A stretch of DNA of 64,000 bases from Balanoglossus misakiensis (Eukaryota; Animalia; Hemichordata): NCBI GenBank assembly GCA_040954595.2, contig CM082597.2:8452343-8516342 (forward strand), in the 5' to 3' direction. Positions 26,301-37,800 of the stretch are shown in pieces. Position numbers and translations under genes: made by a program. Each line of letters opens with the position of its first letter. Position 1 is the stretch's first letter. The notes beneath the pieces were generated by a model that had not been told where the DNA came from, did not search any database, and saw only the letters and a list, made by a program, of their open reading frames with translations.

Positions 26301-28253
26301 AATAAGACCTAACACATAAGGTCCCTCCAATCAGCGAGCAGCAAGTGGACCTTAGAGAAGGGGATAAACCAATCAGAACATGTAATACGTGTGCATAGGA
26401 CCTGTAATGTAGGTCATTTTGAAACAGGACTTTTGAAACAGGACTAGTAGTCCTGTTTCATAAGTCAGGTCCATGACATATGTACCGACATCTGTGATTG
26501 GTCCATCTGGTAATCTTAGGTCCACTTGCGGCACGCTGATTGGAGGGACCTTATGTGTTAGGTCTTATTATTATGTATTATTCACTAGACCTTGTAGGTT
26601 AGGTCTTATTACTATGTATTATTCGCTTTACAGCTCCCTGATTGGTTAATGTGTAGGTCTGGTCCTCCAGTGTTCACTGCCTCATTATGCAGGACCTTGT
26701 AAGTTAGGTCTTATTAATATGTATTTATTCAATTTTCAGCTCCCTGATTGGTTAATGTGTAGGTCTCCAGATTTCACTGCCTCGTTATGCAAAGTCTTTT
26801 GTACTTTCTGAATACAGTTGTTGTATTCTGTCTGGCATGCTGCCTGCGCGTGGTCGAAGCTCGATCCCAATGTATAAAGAAAGGCACTCATATACTGATT
26901 GGATTTCACCTTTTCCTTCACTATTCATGGCATTTTATGTGATACTGTGAACTAGATACTCGAAATAAAAATTGCCAGGAGAAATTTAGTATTTTATTTC
27001 CAGGGGCGGTTTGTTGAAATGGGCTAGTGTTTTGTTACGTAATGTCTTTCAGCGCATCACTTTGTGGAACACCTGGCTGAATACGAAGTGTGTGCTATTC
27101 ATTCGAGCAAACCAAAAATATCTTACAATAGAATTCTTCAGAATAGCATTGCATTTCTTTGGGATACCTCATTAGTTGCTTTGCAGGTATGATAACTTTT
27201 ATTGTACTTCTTTCACGAAGCTGCACCGTCATAGTTCCATTTTTATGAAAACAATATAGGAATGTATAAACGGACAACGTGGTCCTTATCACAACATCTT
27301 CGTCAAAACAAATTTACTTTAAAATAGTAATAACAACAATAATAAAATTGATGATGAGAAGTAGGAGGGTGATTAAAAAAATATACAACTGTTAGCAAAA
27401 ATGCTTAGATGAGTAAATCAGATTTTCAAAGTCCATCTAAATGATCATTTAATCTTTCCAGGGTGCGGTTTATGTTGGAGATAGTATCAGTCAGGCTATT
27501 TCTCAGAAAATCAATGAACGATCTGCGGACAAACCGAATAATGTGTTACCACAACGCTAGCCAGGAAGCACATGGGACATTTCACAATGAGGCAGTGAAC
27601 ACTGGGGGGGACCAGACTGACACGTTAACCAATCAGGGAGCTGTATGGTGAATAAATACATATTAATAAGACCTAACCTACAAGGTCCTGCATAATGAGG
27701 CAGTGAACACTGGAGGACCAGACCTACACAATAACCAATCAGGGAGCTGCAAAGTGAATAATACATAGTAATAAGACCTAACACATAAGGTCCCTCCAAT
27801 CAGCGTGCCACAAGTGGACCTTAGAGAAGCGGATAAACCAATCAGAACATGCAATACATGTGCATAGGACGTGTAATGTAGGTCATTTTGAAACAGGACT
27901 AGTGTACCATTCTGCTTACAGTATGGTGTAATTAGCGGTCCATGCGTACTTAAGTCCACAGACAAAGACAAGCTATATAAACAGTGTTCAAAGCAAAGGA
28001 ATCCCTTGTTTCACATTACGGGCAGAGGATTTGCGAAGGTGTGAAAGACTATTTGTCCACATCAAGATAAGCCTTCGACTGAACTTCGAAAAGCCGAAAA
28101 AACTCGACTGAGTTGGGTTAGGGGTACACGCCCACCCGCCACTTTTACTTGCTTGTTATCTAAGCACAAGGGGCAAAACGCATTGCAAGATAGTAACTTC
28201 AAGACCCAAATAGTGATTTTACGCGTGGTTGTATAGGGCATGGCATGCGACCT
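23341..28253. mobile_element. Kolobok-like non-autonomous element (AGG...CCT, TTAA TSD) inserted in coding exon 1 of copy B
   Basis: TIR aggtcccatgtcatgc / gcatggcatgcgacct (14/16); TTAA at 23337-23340 and 28254-28257; empty site cgttaactttaagggtatttc in copy A (about 13273-13293). Confidence 0.85.
23555..27902. repeat. Head-to-tail trimer of an about 1.45-kb element with short TIRs (TAGTCCTGTTTCA/TGAAACAGGACTA) and inverted subterminal minisatellite arms
   Basis: Units begin at about 23555, 25040 and 26448. Left arms repeat aggtcttattactatgtattattcact; right arms carry the reverse complement. Confidence 0.8.
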
Positions 28254-28531
28254 TTAAGGGTATTTCACGACAATCTCGCAACATTTTACAGCTTCTCAGG
28301 CAAGTCATGGTTGCGAGTTGTGCGGCCAATCTGCGATCAACCTATATAATAAAAGCTTGATAAGTTATGCGTGTTTTGCAAAGAATTGTAACTACTGGTT
28401 GTGTGAGCAAGGCACCATGGAGACGCTATGCCTTCGGGTTGTTTGGAACTAGAACGTTGCTGCGTCAATTGCCCCGCCCCTATACCTTTCTCAAGATTAC
28501 AAGGAGAGAGTATTTGAGCATGTACACACAG

Positions 28532-28600
28532 GATGATCGTTAACGTCAAAGGGATTTCACGACAACATTGTAACAGTTTACGTCTTCTCAGGAAATCCAT
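28532..28600 (-). pseudogene. Degenerate extra copy of exon 1 upstream of copy B
   Basis: MDFLRRRKLLQCCREIPLTLTII resembles MTCLRSCKMMRDCREIPLKLTLI; it breaks off before the hydrophobic core ends. Confidence 0.55.
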
Positions 28601-29326
28601 GGTTGACAAATTTTGCATCTGACCCCAATCAACGAAAATTCGGCAAATTGTCCCGCACTTATACATTTCCTTTGAGTGTACAAGTGATATATATATTTAA
28701 TAACTTGTCTTTAGTGCATTGTCCACGTCAACAATAATGCTACAATACAGATTCCCAGAGGTTAACCCATCGGTTAGGTTTCTGAGGTAGAATCTGAAAG
28801 AGTGGCTTTAATTAATTTATGCCGACATTTCTTATTCAAAATTCGCAATTCTAGAAATGCGATTGTAAGATTTTATCGCCTGTCATGTCATCTACATTTC
28901 ACATTTGCATTATTCAGATGATGACTAACTTCCGCTGCGGGAGATGTCGGTGAAGATAGATATGTCTAGGAATTCAAAACGGCACATAAAGTGGGAAAGT
29001 ATCTGCAAAATCTACCCAAATACGGCATAGTTTATTCCTCAAATATCCATTTTCCAAAAAAATCGATTGTTTGCCATTATGTATAGGTATAGTATGCAAA
29101 CTTTTCAAAAGTTTTGTAAAGAACCCCATCGAGAAAAAGCTATTTTCTACAACATCGACAACAACAACAACTCCTCCCTCTTTCCTTCCCTCCCTCCATC
29201 CCTCCCAATAGGGAGTCCCTCTCTCCCTCCCATCCATCAGAGTATAATCAAATGAAGCGTAATTTGATTCTATGGGAAAATGCGCAATACATACATACGC
29301 TTTAATATCAACCAGAATAATCCAGA

Positions 29327-30808
29327 TTAAACCACGATCGTGACGTCACACTATTCAACAGACAAGTCATTCACTGAGAGAACCTCCGTCTCACCCAAAA
29401 CCACAGGTTGAAAACCAAGTCCCGGGTAGTTCTAGAACTACCTCTGGGGGTTCTAGAACTACCGCAGGACTCAGTCTCACCTGTCGTAACAAAAATACAA
29501 ATACACAATGCTTTATTTGCATAATTACATTTACTTCTATACCTGCATTCAAAGTACATTTCATTTGAATAGAGTAATTGTTATGTTAATTGAAAGCGAA
29601 CTGGATATGCGACAGCAGTCTCCGGATCATTTCATATTCAATGCTTCAATTTCACAGTTTTGTCTACTGACGTACAAAGCTAATGTGTTGGTGGCTCTCG
29701 AGAGTCTTCATAACACGATAAAGTATAAAATAGACAAAAATCAATTCACCAGAAACAAACTAACGTTGCAATAAATATTCACTACAAATTTCTAGAAAAT
29801 TATACTAAATCACATTATCCCCAGATTTGCTTGTATTACTCTAACCCGATGCTTCACTTCGATTTTGCTTCACTACCGACATGTAACAAGGTTGGCTGTT
29901 TTAGGCCTACTGTTTAACAAAACCCGCGTACCTTGCAAAATTCTGCTTACTTTTTGTTGCTGTTCACCAGATGTGCGTTTGTAATGTCGGACGGCTTCAC
30001 TTCGGTATCAAGTCTTTTCGCAGATGAGTTACTCACCAATATCGCTACCATACAGACGCGTTGCCGCTGTGGCTCGTAGAGAGTGGTTCGTTCAAAAGCC
30101 AGGGAGGCCAATACACAGACGGGCAGTAGTACCATGTAGAGCATTGTGACCCGGTTTTTGCTTTACCAACATGTAGCCGCTTGTTTTCGCAGATGATATA
30201 GATCGGAACTACATGTATCTTCAGATCGATTTCATGGACATGTGAAGGAAAATAAACTAAAAACGTGACACTTAGGCCAGTCTACTGCATTTGGCCTAGA
30301 CAATTTTCGCGTAAGCTTACCATGTGCACGCAAAACCCCAACATCTGTAACCCTTCCCATATTACACTACGTAACACACCTGTAGAGTTTAATTTGATAC
30401 AAATTGAAGTTTAAAATTAGCATTTCACTCCAACACGTAAACATGACCATTTAGAGTAACACCTGTCAAGCGTGGGCGATCTTGTAAGGCCCAGCAGGGC
30501 GGTCTAGAACTACCTGCCCACAACATGATTCATTTATAGGAAGAGGGGTGGCCAACCAAATTTCACAGTCAGCAATGAAGAATTAGCCTCTTTTGATAAC
30601 ATTTTGTTCCTTATATTTTACTGAATCGTTGTGTAATACGACGTCTTAAAGATTCACAAAGATCCAATGGTGACAATGTCTGTGGGCGATCGTGGTTTAA
30701 GTTAGAGAACCACCTCCCCTCCGTGGTTCTTGGTTTCAAATCGCCGAGGGCCTCAGGCCCTCGGCGATTCGAAACCAAGAACCACGGAGCGGGAGGTGGT
30801 TCTCTATT
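29327..30808. mobile_element. About 1.5-kb insertion with subterminal inverted repeat and terminal 104-bp hairpin
   Basis: ttaaaccacgatcg (29327) versus cgatcgtggtttaa (30687-30700); hairpin 30703-30806; the flanks join into the sequence seen at about 370-500 and 31285-31410. Confidence 0.55.
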
Positions 30809-31804
30809 ACGTAATCCAAGGCCAACACATACAATTGGTTTTAAAATTACAGAATATAACTCCACCATGATGACAAGTGAAATTATGGGTTATTACAATG
30901 GCAAGTGACAGCTTATTTTGTCAATGGTGCATTATTAGTTCAGAACTTGTCAGGATTGTACATAAAACCAAAGATCCTCATTGTCTTAAATTGAAAAAAA
31001 TTACAACGGTTGCATTGATCTTTAAGAAATTTATAATCGTGGTGTGAGGAGCCCCTTTCCCTTTATGCATACAGTGTACATATGATCATGACGGTGAATG
31101 TTTTCATGGGGGGGGGGGTCATCATATTTTTGGGCCTGGGTGAATGGGGGGTCGGCCTGATTTTGAAAACCGATGACACAACCTTGCCGCCCCCAGCAGA
31201 AAAAAACCTGAACAGTTCCTTAACTCTCATTTGATTCGTGGAAAAAAGGCACCGCATATACACAATGCACAATAAGTGTACGTTTTAATTTCAACCAGAA
31301 TAAACCAGAGCATTACAAGTCAAACACAAAAACTCTTTCAATTACACAAAACTAGAACTCCACCAATTAATGACCAGTAAAATTACGGGTTATTACAATG
31401 GCAAGTGATATTTCTGGTTATTATAAAACAGAAATATTGATCCATGTATACATGTATATATCCAATCATGGCAGATTACAAAGAAATGTAAAAATATCAT
31501 CGTACTATATGAACAAAGTCAATCATAGTCGCACGCAATACAAATTTATTTTAACGACACATCTAACTCTCATCAAAACGCTGCTCTTTCAGACTAGTTT
31601 GTTGGCACCTCTAGCTAAACGTACATCTATGCCTTTCACATTTAATGCATTGTCAACAAAACTCGATTTCCAAAAAAGCTAAATGAACACTTCTTGCTTC
31701 ATAAAGTCTAAAGACAGATAACATTTTGAATGGTAAACATTTGTTTAGAACTCGTCCCAAAAGCTTATTTTATAACTTCTGTAGACCAAACGGAGGCCCC
31801 TGTG

Positions 31805-34800
31805 CTAAACGTGAAATCGTCCATCAGATTCAACAACTCCCACCATTGCACTGAAAACAGTCAGGTGATTACACAGACACAGGGTAGAATTGAAGTCGGA
31901 CTTTGGTGACACCTGCAAGATATCAAGCAGAAAAAAACGTGATGACAAAGCATTGGGCGTTTCTTTGCAATTGAAACAAGATCAAACACCTGGTTCACAT
32001 CCCAGCGTTAATTTAAACAAGGAAAAGCGCCCTCACGTGAATCAGTACATTTTTTACGTTTACGGTATTTTCCATGTGTCAGTATTAATTGTAAGATGCA
32101 GTACCTTGTTCTGCATTTTAAGTTTTTGTTGCATATTTATCCACAGTACCCACTGAAATCACACTGATTGCCACTTGTCTTAGATTTCATCAATCGCAAG
32201 TACATGGAGCATTTCAACTTTTGCAAAATTTAGAAGAAATTAATTTGTATACCTTACAACCATCATTCTGCCAGTTATTCCCATCAAAGTAGCTACATCT
32301 GTGTTGAGTAGTGAGAACAGTGATGTCAACCCCATGGGCTGTAGGGAAAAAATATACACAGAACTTCGGTTACATCAACATATTCCATATAAATCCAACT
32401 GGAGTGTCTGTAAGGTAGTGTGCACCCAGAAAATGAAATTCATAAACTTTTGTATTATACTGCTAAAGGCAAAAGAAATACAGAACGCATACCACGTGTT
32501 TTGTGTACACCTTTGTATGGAGGCCGATTAAACGGGTTGAGCGCCCGTTTAATATATCACTTGATCAAATCGCACCATACAGTCACAATTGGGCATCGAC
32601 AAGAAGTAAATGTATTACAATCAGTAAGCATATTTAGATAAACATCAGTAAGCATATTTAGATTGACCAATCTAAGCTCGATAGTAAAAGTAGAAAATTG
32701 GGAGCTCTATATTAAAACCGCAAGATCGTAGCATAACTTTCTACATATGCATGTTCGTTTTTGAAATTAAAAAGAAGCATAAACAGCAAAAAGAAAAGAA
32801 AAGAAAACACAACTACGTGTTTTAATCAACGATCATTGCGCAATAGTTGTTTTAATCATGAAAATATTCCACAATCTTACCTCTGGTAAGGTCAAAGGTT
32901 ATGTAATACAAGCCTGTCCTGGTGATGTTTGCTTCTGATAGAAATGTGGATGCTGTACACCCTGCAAATACCAAGTCAGTTACATAATGGAAATCACTGT
33001 AGCCACCGACAGCGTCAAGTCTCTCCAGTGACACGTGTAATGTAGTAGTCTCAAAGATAGGTCCTTGTGCTTCCATGGTGATTTGCATTGCAGAGTATCT
33101 CGATAGTACCTACAACGATGAGAAACCAATGCAAAATGAACTCTACAACAGGTACAAATGATTCTTTTGAGGTAAACCTTGCCTGTGTTTTGAGATGTGC
33201 AAGTTCAATTCACATGTTGTGTCATTGGGCATCAGACCTCGGAACATGATGACAGAGAGGATGGTGATTGCATGGTACATATGTAAAATATTGCATGCTG
33301 AGAAATAAATCCCCATGGTTATGATTTGTGTGCATTTACATAGGGCTTTACCCCCTCCCCCGGCTGACCATCACACCAAGATGGTTGGTTTGATGGTACT
33401 TTAGAGTTGCTAACATGCAAAAGTTGGTTAGGTTCATATAATGTGTGAGGTTTACCGTTACTGTCAATGCATAGTGAGTGACTCCTTCACTTTCCACGTA
33501 TACTCCCCTGACGATGCTTTCATTTCTAGGTGTCTGATAATTACCAAGCCATACGCCGAGATCCTCTGATGCATTTTTCACTGAAAAGGAAAATGTTCTG
33601 TGATAATTTAAACTGATGTTAAAACTCCACTCACAATTTGGCCATTACTCGAGTTCCGCCCCACGATGAAAATATGAGCGAGTATTGTAATACATATCAC
33701 TGGGTTTCTGTGTAAAGTTGATTAAAAGAAGATATGTGCCATTTCAATTTGAGTTTTCACTGGTAATACATTTTATCCACAATATAATTTTTTTCATTAT
33801 GACACTAGTGATACAGGGAATCCCCAATGCCCTAGCATATAATATGACCCCTACTGACAAGGAGTTCCAGAAATCACGCTGTTTCCAAAGATTTAAGTAT
33901 TTTTGCGAGTTCCATGAGAATGTTAGGATGCCATTGATGGCCTTAATGAAAACCAACCTTTAATCTCATTACCATCTTCATCTCTGAATTCCAGGGTCAG
34001 TATATCGGTAGTGAAGCCATGTGTCCTATTTGCCAATCTGTGAGGATTCCCACCGAATCGGAAAATCTATAAAAAAAAACATCTTAATTATTCCCCGAGC
34101 ACTTGAACGCATTATAACAACAGAATTGTACTTTAAACCAAAGATCATAATTAAATATGTTTATGGACTTATTTTGTAAAAAAAAATGACAATGTTTGCA
34201 CTAACTCAGCATAATACTGTCTAGTTCATTCCCATAATGACTTGACTGGCGGAAGAATCCTAATGACCAAAAGTTAGACAAATATCAATATACTAGAACA
34301 AAGCAATGTATGATAGAAAACGAAAGTGAGATTGTCTTCTTAATTATAAACGTTGTATACAAACCATTCTGTTCAAGACTGTGCCCCGCGACAATTGTGG
34401 AAACATACTGTCTGCTGGTGGAATATTGAATCCACTTCCATCTCCAATCATTACATTGGTGTCGCACAAGTCCTGCGCAAAGTTCTTTTCCAGATGAAGC
34501 ACAAGAGAAGAAGTGTTCACGATGATTGGTCCATGTCCATAATTAGCCTCGTTCAGTATAAACATTGATAACTGGTGGAATACTTTCGTTGTTATCTTTG
34601 TCAGGTGATTTGCCTGCCCAGGATTCAGCTTCTCGCTCGGATTGGCGTCAATTAGGGACTGCATTCTGTCTATCACCTTTTGCATGACATTCAGTGTTTC
34701 TGAAATTATGTAATCATTGGCATTTAAAATGTATCTCACTCTGTCTGATTGTCGGTCTCGGCTTTTCACCAATGCCCGGAAAATATGAAGTGAGTTTCAT

Positions 34801-37800
34801 TTCTTGTAACCATTGTTAGAAAATGATGAATGGAAAATGTTGAAGAGATAATGGAGACCTATCTTTCCACTTCTAATTCAGCGTATCATTCAACAGTTGG
34901 ATAGGTCCAATACTCGAAGTTTCTCTTAGCTACATGTAAGACATTTGACGGTTACCGATAATTTGCATGATTTGTGAAAACAAACGAACTGTAGTTGACA
35001 TATTTTCGATACTCTTAATAATTGCAAGGGCCCATGTTTCTGCATCGGATATGACTATTGTATTTACATCATTGGATGTAGATATTGAACGTGGACGGTG
35101 TTGTGATGGAAACTGATGTCACAGAATGATCTTGGTTAAAACAACAAAATATAATACCCTTTGCTAATAAAATTCTTCCTTTAAATATACATGTATAACT
35201 TTTCTTTGAAAGGTCAGAGGTTAAAGTGTCCAACTTGTCAATTACACTAATACCCTGGAAAAATAAAAGAAAATTATTTAGTACGTGGCTTTATAGCTTT
35301 ATATGGAACCATTCAGTATGTAGCTTTAGTTGTCACAAAATAGTCATATCGATATTCTATAAGGACCTTTGATAAACGAGTAAAGACAATTACATAGTAT
35401 GTGGTTTATAGCATTATGTGAAATTATTTTAGAATGTAGCATTAGGGACCGTTCAGTTTTTACGGCCGGGGGGGGGGGGGCGGCAAAATCCAGGGGGGGG
35501 GGTCACTTAAAATTTGAAGTCCAAAAGGGGGGGGCATCTGTTATTTTTAAACGTTTAGGGGGGGGGGGTCACATACTTTTGCCACCGAACTTTTACTTTT
35601 GAGTCCACAAAATTGCAGTTTCGCGCCCTTTATTTTACAAAATTTTCTCATGTGGGAGGGGGTGTCCCACACCCACCCCCGTCATTCTCCGTCACATTTC
35701 GTTTTTTGCTGGTTTGTCTAGTGTACCAGGGAAGAGTGCTTGCCACCCCAAACCCACTGATGATAATATTTAACAAAGTAAATACATAAAGGAGGATAAT
35801 CGTTTAAACCATTTCGCAAAACTGATACTTTCGCGCTGCATCTTCTATATACTAGAAGTGTTATAAATGATGTCATGACGAAGATGACGCCAAATCTTCT
35901 AACTTTGAGAGGAGTGGCAAAAAGTTAAATTGGTCCTCCCAAACATTGAGATAATTTGCTTTTGAGTTCATAAAAATGCAACTTTGAGCTACATATTTTA
36001 CAAAATGTTCTTATGTGGGAGGGGGACACCCCCTCCCACACCCACCCCCTCCATTCTTCGCCACATATCATTTAGTCGCTGGTTTGTCTAGTGTACCAGA
36101 GCAGACTTCTTCCCACCCCACCCCCGATGTTTACTTTGAGTGGAGTGCCAAAATTAAAATTTGTCCTGCCTAACATTGAGTTAAATTGCGTTTGAGTTCA
36201 TTAAAATGCAACTTTGAGCACCGTATTTTACAAAATTTTCTTATGTGGGAGGGGGACACCCCCTCCCACGCCCACACCCGCCACTTTTCTTGTTTTACCA
36301 ATTCTAGCAACTATTGTATTGACTTGTCATTTTATTTTGTTCATAGATTTCTTTATTGCAACGATATACTATTATATACTTCAATTACTTTAAGAAATTT
36401 ATAATTGAGGTGTGAGGAGCCTCATTCCCTTTATTGCATACAGTGTACATAGGATCAGGACGGCGAATGTTTTCGGCGTGGGGGGGGGTCATCACATTTT
36501 TGGGCCTGTCAAAGGGGGGAGTCATCATTTTTTGGTGCTGAGTGAAGGGGGGGGGGGTCGGCCTGATTTTGAAAACCAATGACTCAAACTTGCCAGCCCC
36601 CCCCCCCCCAGCCGTAAAAACTGAACGGTCCCTTAGTTGTCAAAAAATGTTCTGTCTCTTCAGTGGATTTCGCCAACTTGTGGCTTTATACAAGACAGTG
36701 CATTGCGTCAGTCTCAAATGATTTGAACCTTTCTTACCACATCTGTTGTTCTGAATTCATCTTCACTTATCTTGACCAAGCTCTCCCGCAGCAGAAGTAA
36801 GTCATCATCTGAATGTTGCAAATGAAAAAGACAGATGATGTGAGAGGTGCCAAAATATTATGTGTTGTATTTCTAAAATTGAGAAGGCATTCGTGACTTC
36901 AAAATAGTACATGAATATATAACATATTCAGGGGACATCTTTACTCCGTTGTCAACAACCTTCTTTCATGTCAAGACAGTCATAAATAATTTCAATGCCA
37001 TGCATTCCTTTATCTGTGTATACTAATGAAATTGGTAAAAATAATCTCATACAAAAGTCATCGCGACATTAAACGCTCGAATCATGCAAATATTGTCCAT
37101 GAAACATTCGGATATAATAATTCGACCCCCTTTGTATGTACACGGCACTAAGATGACACATGCAAAGGCAAGCAGACGAATATGGTCTTCAAACAACTTG
37201 ACTATTATTTATAGTTTCACTTAGTTTTAACCCTATATAACCCAACGGAATGTTCATGTCCACACTGGAGTTTAGGCGCTGCAATAGTTACAGTCATTGT
37301 TCCTTCTCTTCCTATACACTGCAGGACCATCATTTAGCCGTCTTGTGGCGGAACAATACAACTTTTGTTTCAATTATCCATTTACCGAAAGCAACAAGAG
37401 ATGGTCCATTACACATACAGGCATTTCCAATGTGACTTCCTTCCAACGCGGATAAATGTAATTACCATGTGTATGCATTTGTCGATTTTCCATGTATCAT
37501 GGCATATGTTGAATGTATACACGCCACAAAACTACAAAGGTGGTCAACTATGCAGGAAAAGAAAATTTATAAACGAGATTTATCGCTGATGTCTCAAAAT
37601 ACTTACCGTTATCCTCGCAAACTAAATTCATTGGATTATCACAGTAGCCAGTGAACCATTTACATTTACTTGAGTTACACCTGTATAAAGATTCACTGTT
37701 CAACGCTTATTGAAGTTTACAATGTTTCCAATGATCAATATACGGTGTGTAGAATGATCTCTATAGAATGGCCTTATGACCAACCTGCACAGTTGGCATT

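Larger units (their letters stand above)
17451..28308 (-). pseudogene. Copy B: truncated paralog with exons 1-5 only (lectin part); exon 1 split by a 4.9-kb transposon
   Basis: Exon 1 halves at 28308-28254 and 23340-23280; exons 2-5 at 22653-22374, 21627-21548, 18281-18017, 17527-17451. The conserved terminal Cys of CTLD2 is lost (VISED versus VICED/LVCED). No GAIN exons found before copy A begins. Confidence 0.8.

Noticed and set aside
23640-27800. Short repeated motifs resembling a CRISPR array
   Set aside because: No unique spacers, eukaryotic context, no cas genes; these are transposon subterminal repeats.
28309-31804. Possible downstream 7TM/11TM or PLAT exons of copy C
   Set aside because: Only repeats and exon 1 relics were found; no hydrophobic spliceable exons on the minus strand.
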